Of a stretch of 64,000 bases of DNA, positions 36,880-47,050 are shown one piece after another. Position 1 is the stretch's first letter. Every line of letters begins with the position of its first letter. The DNA comes from Thermoplasmatota archaeon (lineage in GTDB: Archaea > Thermoplasmatota > JAKEGO01), in assembly GCA_028279595.1 (NCBI GenBank), contig JANQNK010000020.1, positions 256,001 to 320,000 on the forward strand, read 5' to 3'. The notes beneath the pieces were generated by a model. The model saw nothing but the letters and a program-made list of their open reading frames with translations, was not told where the DNA came from and made no database searches. The position numbers and the translations under genes were made by a program.

Positions 36880-37353
36880 ATGGGTGATCCAAAATCCAAT
36901 CGACCTCCTTTCAGGGTCAATCCCGTCTTCGCCGTGATCATCATGGTCGCCATAACGATGGTATTGGCAGCCACACTGTACGTGTGGGCTGAGTCTGGTT
37001 GTGATGGTCCCTATGCACCCGTCGCTGCGGTGACCATTGACAACAGCACCGGCAATTATACGGTCCGGATCTTAGATATCGACCCGGAGCCAGATATCGA
37101 GGATGTTGGATACGTCCTGCTGAACACGAACTGGATCTCAAGAGAAAGCGGTGACGTCTTGGATATAGTCAATGGCAACCTTAGTTCAAATACGGTCATC
37201 TATTTCGATAACGACAACAATAGCAAGTTGAGCATTAACGATACCTTCTTCATCCTGTCATATGAGAATGGCGGCCTCGCCAAGGAGGAATTCACATTCA
37301 GGTTGATCCACCATCCGACCGACGGAGCGATGGTTTCGGTCGAACTTCCCTGA
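36880..37353 (+). CDS. Archaeal type IV pilin-like protein, paralog 2
   Basis: VNPVFAVIIMVAITMVLAATLYVW matches the archaeal pilin N-terminal helix; FDNDNNSKLSINDTF..ENGG. Confidence 0.8.
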   Translation: MGDPKSNRPPFRVNPVFAVIIMVAITMVLAATLYVWAESGCDGPYAPVAAVTIDNSTGNYTVRILDIDPEPDIEDVGYVLLNTNWISRESGDVLDIVNGNLSSNTVIYFDNDNNSKLSINDTFFILSYENGGLAKEEFTFRLIHHPTDGAMVSVELP

Positions 37354-37384
37354 AAATATGCTTTAATACTGTCGATCCCATTTC

Positions 37385-37867
37385 ATGGGTGCTATGCGCC
37401 CTCCGAGGAGGAATAACACCACATTGGTGATCGTTGCTGTAATAATCGTTGTCGCTATCACCGTCGTAATTGCTTCCGTATCATACCTTTGGGCCACGGA
37501 TATGTGTGGCGACCATGGCAGGAACACTCCCGTGGCCACGATCACGGTCAGCAAGGATCCAGGAGGCAACTACACCCTGCTCATCTCCTCGATCGAACCA
37601 GCGGCCGATCTCGATGAGGTCAAGTACCAGCTATTGAACCCGAACCGAGTCCCGGTCGAGCAGGGAGATATGGACGAGATCGTGAATGCAACGCTCAATA
37701 CCACAACAATAATCTTCCTCGACAACAACAACGATTCGCGGATGGGAACGGGCGATGAGATATTCCTCCTGTCGGAGGAGAACGGGGGTCTGGCCAGAGA
37801 GGGATACATCTTCCGCATCATATTCGATCCGACCCACAAGTCGATCGCTTCTGTCGAATTGACGTGA
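37385..37867 (+). CDS. Archaeal pilin-like protein, paralog 3
   Basis: VAVIIVVAITVVIASVSYLW; FLDNNNDSRMGTGDEI..ENGG..GYIFRII. Confidence 0.78.
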   Translation: MGAMRPPRRNNTTLVIVAVIIVVAITVVIASVSYLWATDMCGDHGRNTPVATITVSKDPGGNYTLLISSIEPAADLDEVKYQLLNPNRVPVEQGDMDEIVNATLNTTTIIFLDNNNDSRMGTGDEIFLLSEENGGLAREGYIFRIIFDPTHKSIASVELT

Positions 37868-39442
37868 TCAGGAGAAGGTTATCGTCGAATACGATTTGTC
37901 ATAACGCTGGTCCCTCAACACGAGGGTGAAGTCGCTGTCTGCCGCTCCTCCTTCGGCGGCGGACCTGACCCATATCTTGTCCCCCGTTGTCATTCGCCCG
38001 TTCAAATCCATATCCTCGAATACGATGAATAGTGTATGGTTTATGCTCCTTGGTGGCATTCCGACAGGGTCCCGGGAATAGAAGACGGGTGGGTGTTCAT
38101 TATCAGCTGAATTGTATGAATGTAATGTGAAATTGATATCAATGAGGTCCCCCTCGAGGTCGATCCTGCGGTGGTCGGGATCCAGCAATGAGACGTTCTT
38201 TCCCAACCCGTCGTAGAGGGTGTATTCGATCTCGTCCATGCTGTGACCGGATGCGTTCAATAGATCGACACGATATGACCCATTTACTATCGTTACGTTG
38301 TAATCGATCTCGAAATTGGTCCTGATCATCGGTGTGCGGATCAGGGTCTGGTCCCAGTTCCGGATGCCAAGTCTGATGCCATCCCATTCATCGACAGCTC
38401 CTCCGTTAACGGAACCTCTGACCCAGAGGGTATCCCCGGAAGTGACCAGCCCGTCCGAGTCCGAATCGAAGTAGACAGTTGCGAATGTGTGGTTGATCGA
38501 TATTGGTGGTCCTCCCGCTGGTTCCCTCGAATAGAATATCCCCCTATAGGTCGTGTTGATCTTAGTATGGTTCTGGTGGGAGATGGCACTAGAAAAATCT
38601 TCGTGTGTATAAACGATATCCTCAAGACTTCCCAACATGGTAATGATCTCGCCAGATGGATCCTCCCACCTATTCTGCATGAAGTTGTATGTCAACAATT
38701 GATATGAGACATCATCGATCGGCCAGGGCTCACAGTCGACGATCTTGATCCTGTAATCCCCCTGGTTCTCATAGATACTGACGTCGATCGGTACGACAGC
38801 CCTCTTGAACGTGATCTCCACCACATCGTCGTTCCTGTGTGGGTCATAGAGCTTGAGCTTGCACCCGGCGTACACCCCGCCCCCGATCGCGTCAGACCTG
38901 ATTTCAATGTGATCCCCTTCAGTCAGTTTCCTGTCCCTAACGTACCAGACCTTGCCATTCGGATATTCATTCCGGATAGGCATGTCATAATAGACGAGGA
39001 ACAGTGTAAGGTTGTTCTTCGCATCAGGATAATCCGCATAGAATCGTGACCAGTGGTCCTGTGGTGGGGTCGGATGGGCGTCTGGCCATTCCTGTTGGTT
39101 ACGTGCTTCCGATGACTTGTTCTCATCATACCAGATGTCCCAGAGGGTCCCTTCCAAGGCGATGAAATTGCCATCAGGGTCGGTCACGAATACGACGGCG
39201 CCCTCCGGGTCGACCACCTTGAACCTGATGTTCTGGAGATACTTGCCATCGGCCTCTACCACCTCGATCCGATAGATGCCATCCATCGGAGTGTTCACTG
39301 CATATCTGAATCTGCTATCGTCGATGGTTCCCATGTACCAGAAATAACCTGCTCCCGTCGTCAATATGAACGCTGCCATGAAGATGACTACGAACTGCTC
39401 GTGGTTGAGCTTCATCCTGCGCATCTTGACACCCTGCCGCAT
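37868..39442 (-). CDS. Membrane-anchored protein with three tandem pilin-like globular repeats
   Basis: One N-terminal TM; repeats G.YR[IV]...L.G.L.DI...D.D.[DN]G..T.GD.[IL]WVR....GG. True start may be one of the downstream Met codons. Confidence 0.75.
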   Translation of the reverse strand: MRQGVKMRRMKLNHEQFVVIFMAAFILTTGAGYFWYMGTIDDSRFRYAVNTPMDGIYRIEVVEADGKYLQNIRFKVVDPEGAVVFVTDPDGNFIALEGTLWDIWYDENKSSEARNQQEWPDAHPTPPQDHWSRFYADYPDAKNNLTLFLVYYDMPIRNEYPNGKVWYVRDRKLTEGDHIEIRSDAIGGGVYAGCKLKLYDPHRNDDVVEITFKRAVVPIDVSIYENQGDYRIKIVDCEPWPIDDVSYQLLTYNFMQNRWEDPSGEIITMLGSLEDIVYTHEDFSSAISHQNHTKINTTYRGIFYSREPAGGPPISINHTFATVYFDSDSDGLVTSGDTLWVRGSVNGGAVDEWDGIRLGIRNWDQTLIRTPMIRTNFEIDYNVTIVNGSYRVDLLNASGHSMDEIEYTLYDGLGKNVSLLDPDHRRIDLEGDLIDINFTLHSYNSADNEHPPVFYSRDPVGMPPRSINHTLFIVFEDMDLNGRMTTGDKIWVRSAAEGGAADSDFTLVLRDQRYDKSYSTITFS

Positions 39443-39547
39443 TTACTACCACCTTACGAGTTAAAAGCATTGCCATGGCTAATTTCGTAGAAAGAGATAT
39501 CAAATGGCAGTCTTCTCCCGATGTGAGGAGGCCGTCACACGGAAGCA

Positions 39548-40021
39548 TTGACGATCAAGCCGATAAGGGAAGAGGACCGCGAGTTCGTGCGGATAATCTT
39601 CAACGAGTACTGGGGGTCGACCCAGATGATCACGCAAGGGAAGGTCCTGAACTGCGATGAACTCCCGGGTTTCATCGCATGGGACGAGATGAAGCCCATC
39701 GGGGTCATCACCTATCTTATCGTGGACGGCGTGTGCGAGCTGACCTCTCTGAATAGCATCGTCGAGGGAAGGGGGGTCGCCACGGCACTCATCGAGGAGG
39801 TAAAGGAGACCGCCCTTAAGGAGAAATGCTCACGGATCTCTGTCGAGACCTCCAATGATAACCTCATGGCCCTCAATTTCTACCTGAAGCGCGGCTTCCG
39901 GCTCATCGATGTACATCTGGATGCGATCACTGAAGCGCGAAAGATAAAACCGCAGATCCCGAAGGTCGGCGGACACGGGATAGTCCTCAGGGACGCCATC
40001 GAGTTCGAATTGACCCTCTAA
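39548..40021 (+). CDS. GNAT family acetyltransferase
   Basis: SLNSIVEGRGVATALI; TSNDNLMALNFYLKRGF. Confidence 0.9.
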   Translation: MTIKPIREEDREFVRIIFNEYWGSTQMITQGKVLNCDELPGFIAWDEMKPIGVITYLIVDGVCELTSLNSIVEGRGVATALIEEVKETALKEKCSRISVETSNDNLMALNFYLKRGFRLIDVHLDAITEARKIKPQIPKVGGHGIVLRDAIEFELTL

Positions 40022-40398
40022 TCGTCCTCGACATCAGCGTCGATGATCCTGCCCTCGGGTCCGGCCGGGGAATCCTGCTTCTCCTCATCCTTTCCCGGGA
40101 CCTTGCCACCCTTGGTCCTGATTATCGGAGGGCCGTCCTGTCTCTGTCTGCCAGCTTTCCTGTAGTAGGCCCGCTGCGCGCGTCTCTGGGCCTGGGCCTG
40201 CGCCTGCCACTGTTGAGCTCGTCTCCTTCCAAGCCAGAACAGGAAGAGCAATAGGCCGAGAAGGACCAGAGCACCCAGACAGCAGAGTGTGAGGACGAAG
40301 ATGAAGACCCCGGAGAATATCATCAGCGCTATCACGATGACGATGAGTATCAGGAAAGGGATCCCTTCGATCTTGAACCTGCCCTTCATTTCGGTCAC
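40018..40398 (-). CDS. Hypothetical membrane protein (FxsA-like basic/Gln tail)
   Basis: Long hydrophobic N-terminus; tail ending IIDADVEDD. Confidence 0.6.
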   Translation of the reverse strand: MTEMKGRFKIEGIPFLILIVIVIALMIFSGVFIFVLTLCCLGALVLLGLLLFLFWLGRRRAQQWQAQAQAQRRAQRAYYRKAGRQRQDGPPIIRTKGGKVPGKDEEKQDSPAGPEGRIIDADVEDD

Positions 40399-40489
40399 AT
40401 CCGGAGCGATGACGACCTAGGCTGTATCTCGGTGTCGTCACTGCCCTCAAGATGGGACTGCGCCGATATTACTTGAAATTTCCCCCGGC

Positions 40490-40774
40490 TCAGAAGATGC
40501 TGTGGTGGATGGTCCTCATGACCATTCGGCCCTTCGGGGTGCAGATGTACGGCAGGATGAAGGGAGCGAGCATTCCGCCACCTCCATCGCCGCTCTGAGC
40601 GATCAGACCCATGTTCTCGAGCCTGCAAAGCTCGCAGGCGAGGTCCTCTCGCTCAAGTCCCGTTATTGTCTCGAGGTATGGCATGAAGATGTCGCCGCTC
40701 GGGTGGTTGCACAGTGTCTCGACGATGCGGCGCTGGGCCTCGCTCTCGAAGAAAAGTCCCGAGCCCTCAGACAC
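40490..40774 (-). CDS. Small winged-helix-like hypothetical protein
   Basis: LETITGLEREDLACELCRLENMGLI...Y.CTPKGR; GTG start after GGGGAG. Confidence 0.55.
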   Translation of the reverse strand: MSEGSGLFFESEAQRRIVETLCNHPSGDIFMPYLETITGLEREDLACELCRLENMGLIAQSGDGGGGMLAPFILPYICTPKGRMVMRTIHHSIF

Positions 40775-40919
40775 GGTCCGACTCCCCTTTCCACCTGGAC
40801 ACATCTGCGCACGACGGGATGTCCGGTGTGTGCATGCAGGCGATCAATATCGACCTCTGTATCACCGGGTGCTCCTGTAGTTCCGCCAACAGGGGGGTCA
40901 CCATGTTTTCCATCTCCAT
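40767..40919 (-). CDS. Possible 50-aa ORF
   Basis: MEMENMVTPLLAELQEHPVIQRSILIAC...; TATA-like TTTATAT about 20-28 nt upstream; overlaps the next gene's start. Confidence 0.3.
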   Translation of the reverse strand: MEMENMVTPLLAELQEHPVIQRSILIACMHTPDIPSCADVSRWKGESDRV

Positions 40920-41130
40920 TATCGGATTTCCACGAACACATATAAAGGAAATCTGGTGATAACCTGGGACCCATGGGTGGCCACCGTACTCCCTGCGGTT
41001 TCACCTTCGAGCGACCCGTCTCCGAGCAGGATCCCTTGTGTAGATCCTCGCACAACCACTGTAACGGAACAAACCTTATATTCTGTGACAATCTCACCGC
41101 ATTCAAGCGAGGAATGTTACGGGGGTCTCC

Positions 41131-41667
41131 GTGATGGCAAAGAAAGGGTCAAAACGTAACAAGACGGTCGAGACCGGCGAGGTCCTGAAGAGTCTGATCG
41201 ACGATCCGACGAGAAGCGTCGGGCAGATCGCCGAGGAGCTCGAAAGCAACAGGCAGACCGTTTGGCGCAAGAAGAAGAAGCTCGAGAACGACGGGATCAT
41301 CTGGGGATACACCGCGATCACCGACGATTCGAGGCTCAATCATCTCGCCTATCTCATTCTGCTCAAGACGAAACCCCTCAGCAAGGAGGTCTCCGAACTC
41401 ATCGTCAGCAGGGTGGAGAACAACGAGATGGAGAAGCAGGACATCCGGCTCCTCGACCTGTTCTACACGAACGGCGAGTTCGACTGGGTTCTCCGGTTCT
41501 CTGCTCCCGACCACGTCACTGCACGCAGGTATTTCGACACGATCCGCGTCCTCTACGACGGTTGGCTCCTCGAGAAGCCTGTGATGCTCGACCTGAACTT
41601 CTGCCTTGTAGTCGGAGGCAAGGCGAACCCGAACGTCTCCACTCTCAACGATTTCGCGGCCATCTAA
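41131..41667 (+). CDS. Lrp/AsnC family transcriptional regulator
   Basis: DPTRSVGQIAEELESNRQTVWRKKKKLENDGIIWGYTA; GEFDWVLRF. Confidence 0.9.
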   Translation: MMAKKGSKRNKTVETGEVLKSLIDDPTRSVGQIAEELESNRQTVWRKKKKLENDGIIWGYTAITDDSRLNHLAYLILLKTKPLSKEVSELIVSRVENNEMEKQDIRLLDLFYTNGEFDWVLRFSAPDHVTARRYFDTIRVLYDGWLLEKPVMLDLNFCLVVGGKANPNVSTLNDFAAI

Positions 41668-41713
41668 CATTTCGTGATATAGGATTATATATCCGCGGAC
41701 CCGTGTTGTATAG

Positions 41714-44674
41714 ATGGGTCCCGAGGGTACGGCCGGAGATATCGATTACGATGCCGACTACCGTCCGGTCTTCCACGATTTCTACGAGCTCATCAAGCAC
41801 CGTGTCGGCCGGATACTACTGGTTTCCAGCCTGTACGACGCATTCACCCTCGAGGAGGAAGGTCTGCTGTTCGAGCAGATATCCGGCGAGTACAGGGACC
41901 TGCTCCTTCCGTTCCCTCCCCAGGTCATCAGGGTATCCTCGGCCTCGGACGGGCTGGAGGAGCTGAGGAACGAACGCTATGACCTGATCATAACCATGGC
42001 GAGGATATCGGATATGGAATGTCAGGACTTCGCCGCCAGGGCGAAGGAGATCCAGGACATCCCCGTCGTCCTCCTGCTCACGGAGATGGCGGACATCCAG
42101 TACTACCATCGCCCGGGGGCGGTGATGAGCATAGACAAGGTGTTCTACTGGAACGGCGACTCCGCCCTCTATCTCGCCATCACGAAGTACATCGAGGACA
42201 CGATGAACATCGCCCACGACACGTCCACCGGCCTCGTCCGGGCAATTCTCGTGATAGAGGACTCCCCCCGGTACTATTCGATATTCCTTCCCCTGATCTA
42301 CACCGAGATCATGCAGCAGACGCGCGCCCTCATCACCGAGGGGCTCAACGAGCATGAGGAACGGCTGCGGATCCGCTCGAGACCGAAGATCATCCTCGCT
42401 GAGACCTACGAGGAAGCGATGGAGATGTACAAGAGGTACAGGCATCAGATCATGGGTGTGATCTCGGACGTCAAGTACAAGCGCAACGGCATCATGGACG
42501 GCGAGGCCGGTTTCAGGTTCGCCGAGGAGATCGACGACGAGATCCCGATCCTACTCCAGTCATCCAATGTCGACTGCGCCAGCATGGCGGCGGACCGTGG
42601 CATCACCTTCATCGACAAGAACTCCGAGTCTATCCTCCAGGAGCTGAGGGACTTCTTCACTGACAGCCTGGGGTTCGGGGAGTTCGTCTTCACGAGACCT
42701 GACGGGACCGAGCTGGCGAGGGCCTCGGACCTCAGGGAGTTCATAGAGATAGTCGAATCCATACCGATCGACTCGCTCAAGTTCCACGGATCGGCCCACC
42801 ATTTCTCGAACTGGCTAAAGGCAAGGGGGGAGATCGACCTCGCCCGGAGGCTGAGGGACGTCAAGGTCACCGATTTCGAACTCGGAGAGGAGATCCGCGA
42901 GTTCCTTCTCGACTCGATCAACGAGAGCAGGAGGGTGAAACAGCTCGGCGTGATAACCGACTTCAACAAGCAGAACTTCGAGTTCGACCAGACCTTCACA
43001 CGCCTGGGAGGAGGCTCGCTCGGTGGGAAGGGGCGGGGCATCGCGTTCCTCTCGATGCTGCTCAACCAGAGCATGATAACGAGCCAGTTCGAGGGGATCG
43101 AGGTCAAGATACCCGAGACGATCGTGATCGCCACTGACGAGTTCGACAGGTTCATCCTCGACAACGAGCTTCATGATTTCATCAAGGAGAACCGGACCGA
43201 CGAGGAGCTCAGCGAGAGGTTCCTCTCATCCCGTATATCCGACGACCTGAGGGAGTCGCTCGGACGGTTCCTGGACCATGCCCGGTGGCCCATCGCCGTA
43301 CGCTCATCGAGCCTGCTGGAGGACTCACAGAACCAGCCCTTTGCGGGACTGTACTCGACCTATATCCTTCCGAACAACTGCGATGACGACGGTACCAGGC
43401 TCGAACAGCTCGAGCAGGCCATCAAGCTCGTCTACGCATCAGCCTTCTACAAGAGGGTGAAGGCTTACATTCGGGCGACAGGCCTCATCCCGGAGGAGGA
43501 GAAGATGGCCGTGGTCATCCAGCGACTCATCGGGAACCGGCACGGCGACAGGTTCTACCCCTCCTACTCAGGTGTCGCACAGTCCCACAACTTCTACCCC
43601 GTCCATCCCCTCAGGCGCGAGGAAGGCGTGGCAAGCCTCGCCCTCGGATTGGGCAAGATCGTCGTAGACGGCGAGAAGGTCCTCTCCGTATCCCCCGATC
43701 ATCCGAACGTCATTCCCGGGTTCTACACGCCAGACGACGTCTTCAAGAACTCCCAGAACCACTTCTACGCCCTCAACATGTCCGAGTCCTGCTTCGACCT
43801 CGGAATGGGTGAGGACATCACCCTGAGCAAGCTTCCCATTCCCACAGCGCAGGAGGATGGGACCCTGGACGACATCGCGAGCACGTTCGATGCGAATGAT
43901 GGAAGGCTGCGCGACGGTGTCGGGACCGACGGTCCGAAGCTCATCACTTTCGCCGGGATCCTGAAATACGGGAAACTACCCCTCATCAAGGTGATCAAGG
44001 AGCTTCTCGACATCGGCCAGAAGGGAATGGGCCGGGCCGTGGAGATCGAGCTGGCCGGTCGACACAACGATGCAGGTGACCCGGAGTTCTATGTCGTCCA
44101 GGTCAGGCCGCTCGTGACCATGAGGGAGCGTTCACACCTTCAGATAGGTGAGGCCGAGGAATCGGATGCGCTTGTGCTTTCCGACCGCGCCATGGGCAAC
44201 GGCATCGTCAGCGGCATCACCGACGTCGTATACGTGAGGCCCGAGACCTTCGACACGACCGAGACCATGGAGATAGCCAGGGAGATCGGGACCGTGAACG
44301 AGCAACTGGATGGTACTCCATATCTCCTCATAGGTCCAGGGCGCTGGGGGACCCGGGACAGGTTCCTCGGCGTACCCGTCGAGTGGGACCAGATATCCTG
44401 GGCCAAGAGCATCGTCGAGGTCCAGCTGGAGGGGTTCAGGATAGACCCCTCCCATGGGACTCATTTCTTCCACAACATCACGGCCCTCGGTATCCCGTAC
44501 TTCACCATCGGGTTCAACAAGGAGGGCGAGAACGTCGACTGGGAATGGTTCGACGCCCAGAAGGCGGTCGGAAGCTACAAACACATACGGCACATCAGGT
44601 CCGAGGTGCCCCTGACCGTCAAGGTCGATGGTAGGTCGGGAAGGGGGATAGTTACCACGGAGCCGACCGACTAG
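41714..44674 (+). CDS. Receiver-like + PEP/pyruvate-binding (PPDK_N ATP-grasp) domain protein
   Basis: ILLVSSLYDAF, ILVIEDS (REC-like), GSLGGKGRG, PIAVRSSSLLED..FAGLYST, EKMAVVIQ, GLGKIVV, VQVRP, GPGRWG, PSHGTHFFHN. Confidence 0.9.
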   Translation: MGPEGTAGDIDYDADYRPVFHDFYELIKHRVGRILLVSSLYDAFTLEEEGLLFEQISGEYRDLLLPFPPQVIRVSSASDGLEELRNERYDLIITMARISDMECQDFAARAKEIQDIPVVLLLTEMADIQYYHRPGAVMSIDKVFYWNGDSALYLAITKYIEDTMNIAHDTSTGLVRAILVIEDSPRYYSIFLPLIYTEIMQQTRALITEGLNEHEERLRIRSRPKIILAETYEEAMEMYKRYRHQIMGVISDVKYKRNGIMDGEAGFRFAEEIDDEIPILLQSSNVDCASMAADRGITFIDKNSESILQELRDFFTDSLGFGEFVFTRPDGTELARASDLREFIEIVESIPIDSLKFHGSAHHFSNWLKARGEIDLARRLRDVKVTDFELGEEIREFLLDSINESRRVKQLGVITDFNKQNFEFDQTFTRLGGGSLGGKGRGIAFLSMLLNQSMITSQFEGIEVKIPETIVIATDEFDRFILDNELHDFIKENRTDEELSERFLSSRISDDLRESLGRFLDHARWPIAVRSSSLLEDSQNQPFAGLYSTYILPNNCDDDGTRLEQLEQAIKLVYASAFYKRVKAYIRATGLIPEEEKMAVVIQRLIGNRHGDRFYPSYSGVAQSHNFYPVHPLRREEGVASLALGLGKIVVDGEKVLSVSPDHPNVIPGFYTPDDVFKNSQNHFYALNMSESCFDLGMGEDITLSKLPIPTAQEDGTLDDIASTFDANDGRLRDGVGTDGPKLITFAGILKYGKLPLIKVIKELLDIGQKGMGRAVEIELAGRHNDAGDPEFYVVQVRPLVTMRERSHLQIGEAEESDALVLSDRAMGNGIVSGITDVVYVRPETFDTTETMEIAREIGTVNEQLDGTPYLLIGPGRWGTRDRFLGVPVEWDQISWAKSIVEVQLEGFRIDPSHGTHFFHNITALGIPYFTIGFNKEGENVDWEWFDAQKAVGSYKHIRHIRSEVPLTVKVDGRSGRGIVTTEPTD

Positions 44675-44704
44675 TTTTTAGTAAAGTCAGTACCTTGCCA
44701 TACC

Positions 44705-45763
44705 GTGGGACGGAACGGGTTCGAGAGATCGGTGGAATTCCTAGAGGGCAGACCTCTCCTACTACTGGTGGTCCTCGCGATCGTTCCCTTCCTGGTTGTC
44801 AACGCCGTACTCTCCCCGCTGTCGGGCGGGACCCACGGTATGACGCATTCCGATCATGGGAACGACATCTGGTTCGACGGCACGGTCGACGGAGTGCCCT
44901 ACAACGGCTCGGAACCGCCCACCAGCGGCCACTTCAGGGGCGACGTCACCATCGGCGATAACACCGGATGGGTCATTTGCAACGGCGAGGTCCGGTTCTC
45001 CGGCAAGCTGGTGATTCGGGACGCCGAGCTCGACTATACGATCCGGTCGAACCGTTCCGTGAAGGGTCCAGGGAACACCGTGCGCCTCGAAAAGGACTAT
45101 CAGCACATCGACATCGACGGGATTAGCGGAGACATGGAGGGTGGCGTACCGGTCTGGTATCTGGGGTCCTTCGGGACCGCCGTCGGCATCAGTGCCTGGG
45201 CGTTCTGGTTCCTGTTCAAGAGGCGTACAGGTCACGATAAGCTCGTTTCCACCGTGCTACTCGGTGCCGGTCTCATCTGTTTGTACAATGTATTCTTCTT
45301 CGGGCCGATGTTCACCACGATCTGCGTGGCCTTCGTGGCAGTGCCCGCCTTGGCCATGTTCTCGTTCGGCATATACAAGTCGATAAGGGAGGACATCTCC
45401 ATGATGGACACGGACCTCCGGCTGTCAGGCATCCCCGAGGTCCTGATCATCGTCGGCGTCATCGTGCTCATCATCTCCACCGGCATGGTCGTCCACGCCG
45501 GCTGGGGCTCCTTCGACGGATACATGCACGACCCCGGGATGGCATGGCGGAACCTCATCATGGGGATCGCCGGACTTCTGATAGGCGGCGCCCAGATCGG
45601 GTTCGGCTTCGGCAAGCGTCTATTGAGAAAGAGGTCGCCGCGGTCAGGGAGACCAACGAAGGAGAGGTCTCGGTCAAAACCAGATGACGAGGATGAGGCG
45701 AACGTGTATGGATTGAAGGATTATCGTCCATTGAACGAACCACCGCGTCCGCCCGAGAATTGA
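44705..45763 (+). CDS. Hypothetical multi-pass membrane protein
   Basis: N-terminal TM, beta-rich ectodomain, about 5 C-terminal TMs; host-like codon usage. Confidence 0.65.
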   Translation: MGRNGFERSVEFLEGRPLLLLVVLAIVPFLVVNAVLSPLSGGTHGMTHSDHGNDIWFDGTVDGVPYNGSEPPTSGHFRGDVTIGDNTGWVICNGEVRFSGKLVIRDAELDYTIRSNRSVKGPGNTVRLEKDYQHIDIDGISGDMEGGVPVWYLGSFGTAVGISAWAFWFLFKRRTGHDKLVSTVLLGAGLICLYNVFFFGPMFTTICVAFVAVPALAMFSFGIYKSIREDISMMDTDLRLSGIPEVLIIVGVIVLIISTGMVVHAGWGSFDGYMHDPGMAWRNLIMGIAGLLIGGAQIGFGFGKRLLRKRSPRSGRPTKERSRSKPDDEDEANVYGLKDYRPLNEPPRPPEN

Positions 45764-45767
45764 TATC

Positions 45768-46331
45768 ATGAACACGATAAGAACACTATACATCACCAGC
45801 AGGAAGGACTGGCGAAAATGGCTGGAGGAGCATTTCGAAAAAGAGAAGGAGATCTGGTTGGTGTACCCGAAGAAGGCGTCCGGTAAAGAAAGGATACCGT
45901 ACAACGATGCCGTGGAAGAAGCATTGTGCTTTGGCTGGATCGACAGCACGGTCAGATCCCTTGATGAGGACAATAGCATCCAACGTTTTACTCCAAGGAA
46001 CCCCGGAAGCACATATTCCCAGCAGAACAAGGAAAGGATGAAATGGCTCTTGGAACACAACATGATCCATTCCTCAGTTTTGGAAAAGGCGAACCAGATC
46101 GCCTCGGAGAAGTTCATTTTTCCAGAAGATATCATTGAAGCTATCAAGGAAGACGAAACGGCCTGGGCAAATTACAACAATTTTTCAGACACATATAGAA
46201 GAATTAGGATAGCTTATATTGACGCTGCACGCAAACGCCCTGACGAATTCAATAAGCGACTTAACAATTTCATCGTCAAAACCAAAAAGAATAAACAAAT
46301 AGGATTCGGTGGGATCGAGAATTATTATTGA
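45768..46331 (+). CDS. YdeI/OmpD-associated family protein
   Basis: WRKWLEEH, YNDAVEEALCFGWIDS, RFTPR, YIDAARKRP. Confidence 0.92.
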   Translation: MNTIRTLYITSRKDWRKWLEEHFEKEKEIWLVYPKKASGKERIPYNDAVEEALCFGWIDSTVRSLDEDNSIQRFTPRNPGSTYSQQNKERMKWLLEHNMIHSSVLEKANQIASEKFIFPEDIIEAIKEDETAWANYNNFSDTYRRIRIAYIDAARKRPDEFNKRLNNFIVKTKKNKQIGFGGIENYY

Positions 46332-46435
46332 GTGATCTGGACGATGGAATCCACCCCGCACCACCAAACCGTTCACCATGAACGCTGGGATGAGGGAGAG
46401 GATCGAGGGTATCGTTGAATCGTAGTATGAGAGAA

Positions 46436-47050
46436 TCACTTACGCCTTAGATTGTGTTTGTCGAGTATTTCGATTACCTGCTGATAGTAATCCATAATAG
46501 TATCGATATTTGAAGTATCGATGGAGTATTCTTTTTCTCCGAAAGTGTACTTACCATTAACTATATTTCCGAAGTTTCCGAGATATCTCTTTGGTTCCTT
46601 CTGCTTAACGTCCTTAATCGATATTGTTCTTTCTTCGATATGTTCTAAGTGACAGCGAATTTCGTTATAATTTTTAAAGTATTCATCATATTGAATCTTG
46701 ACTTTAAGAAGTTCTTCGAATCCAGTAGCTTTGTAAATGGCCACTAGTAAAGTAGGAAGACGATTCATTAAGATGAAATAAAACTGACAGTCAGCAAACA
46801 TTTTGTCCTGAATTTCACGCCTTAAATTCACATCCAATTTATAGAAATCGGCATCATGCTCAAGAGCAGTACGATCTTCCTCGATACGTTTTATTTGTAT
46901 TATTGCCCATCGGCAATTTGTTTCGAACAATTGTATTAGGATACCTGCCCTGTAACTGGTAATTGACCCCCAATAATCGAATGATTTGCTCATTTTAAGA
47001 TCATATGGATTATCATTGCCATCTGAAGGTAGCTTTCTCGGTTCGACCAT
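46436..47050 (-). CDS. Hypothetical helical protein with HEPN-like RxxxxH motif
   Basis: EIRCHLEHIEE; AT-rich; GGAGG SD. Confidence 0.6.
   Translation of the reverse strand: MVEPRKLPSDGNDNPYDLKMSKSFDYWGSITSYRAGILIQLFETNCRWAIIQIKRIEEDRTALEHDADFYKLDVNLRREIQDKMFADCQFYFILMNRLPTLLVAIYKATGFEELLKVKIQYDEYFKNYNEIRCHLEHIEERTISIKDVKQKEPKRYLGNFGNIVNGKYTFGEKEYSIDTSNIDTIMDYYQQVIEILDKHNLRRK

Noticed and set aside
41714-44674. Annotation as canonical PEP synthase (ppsA)
   Set aside because: Lacks the C-terminal PEP-utilising barrel and the usual TSHAAI phospho-His motif, and has receiver-like N-terminal domains.
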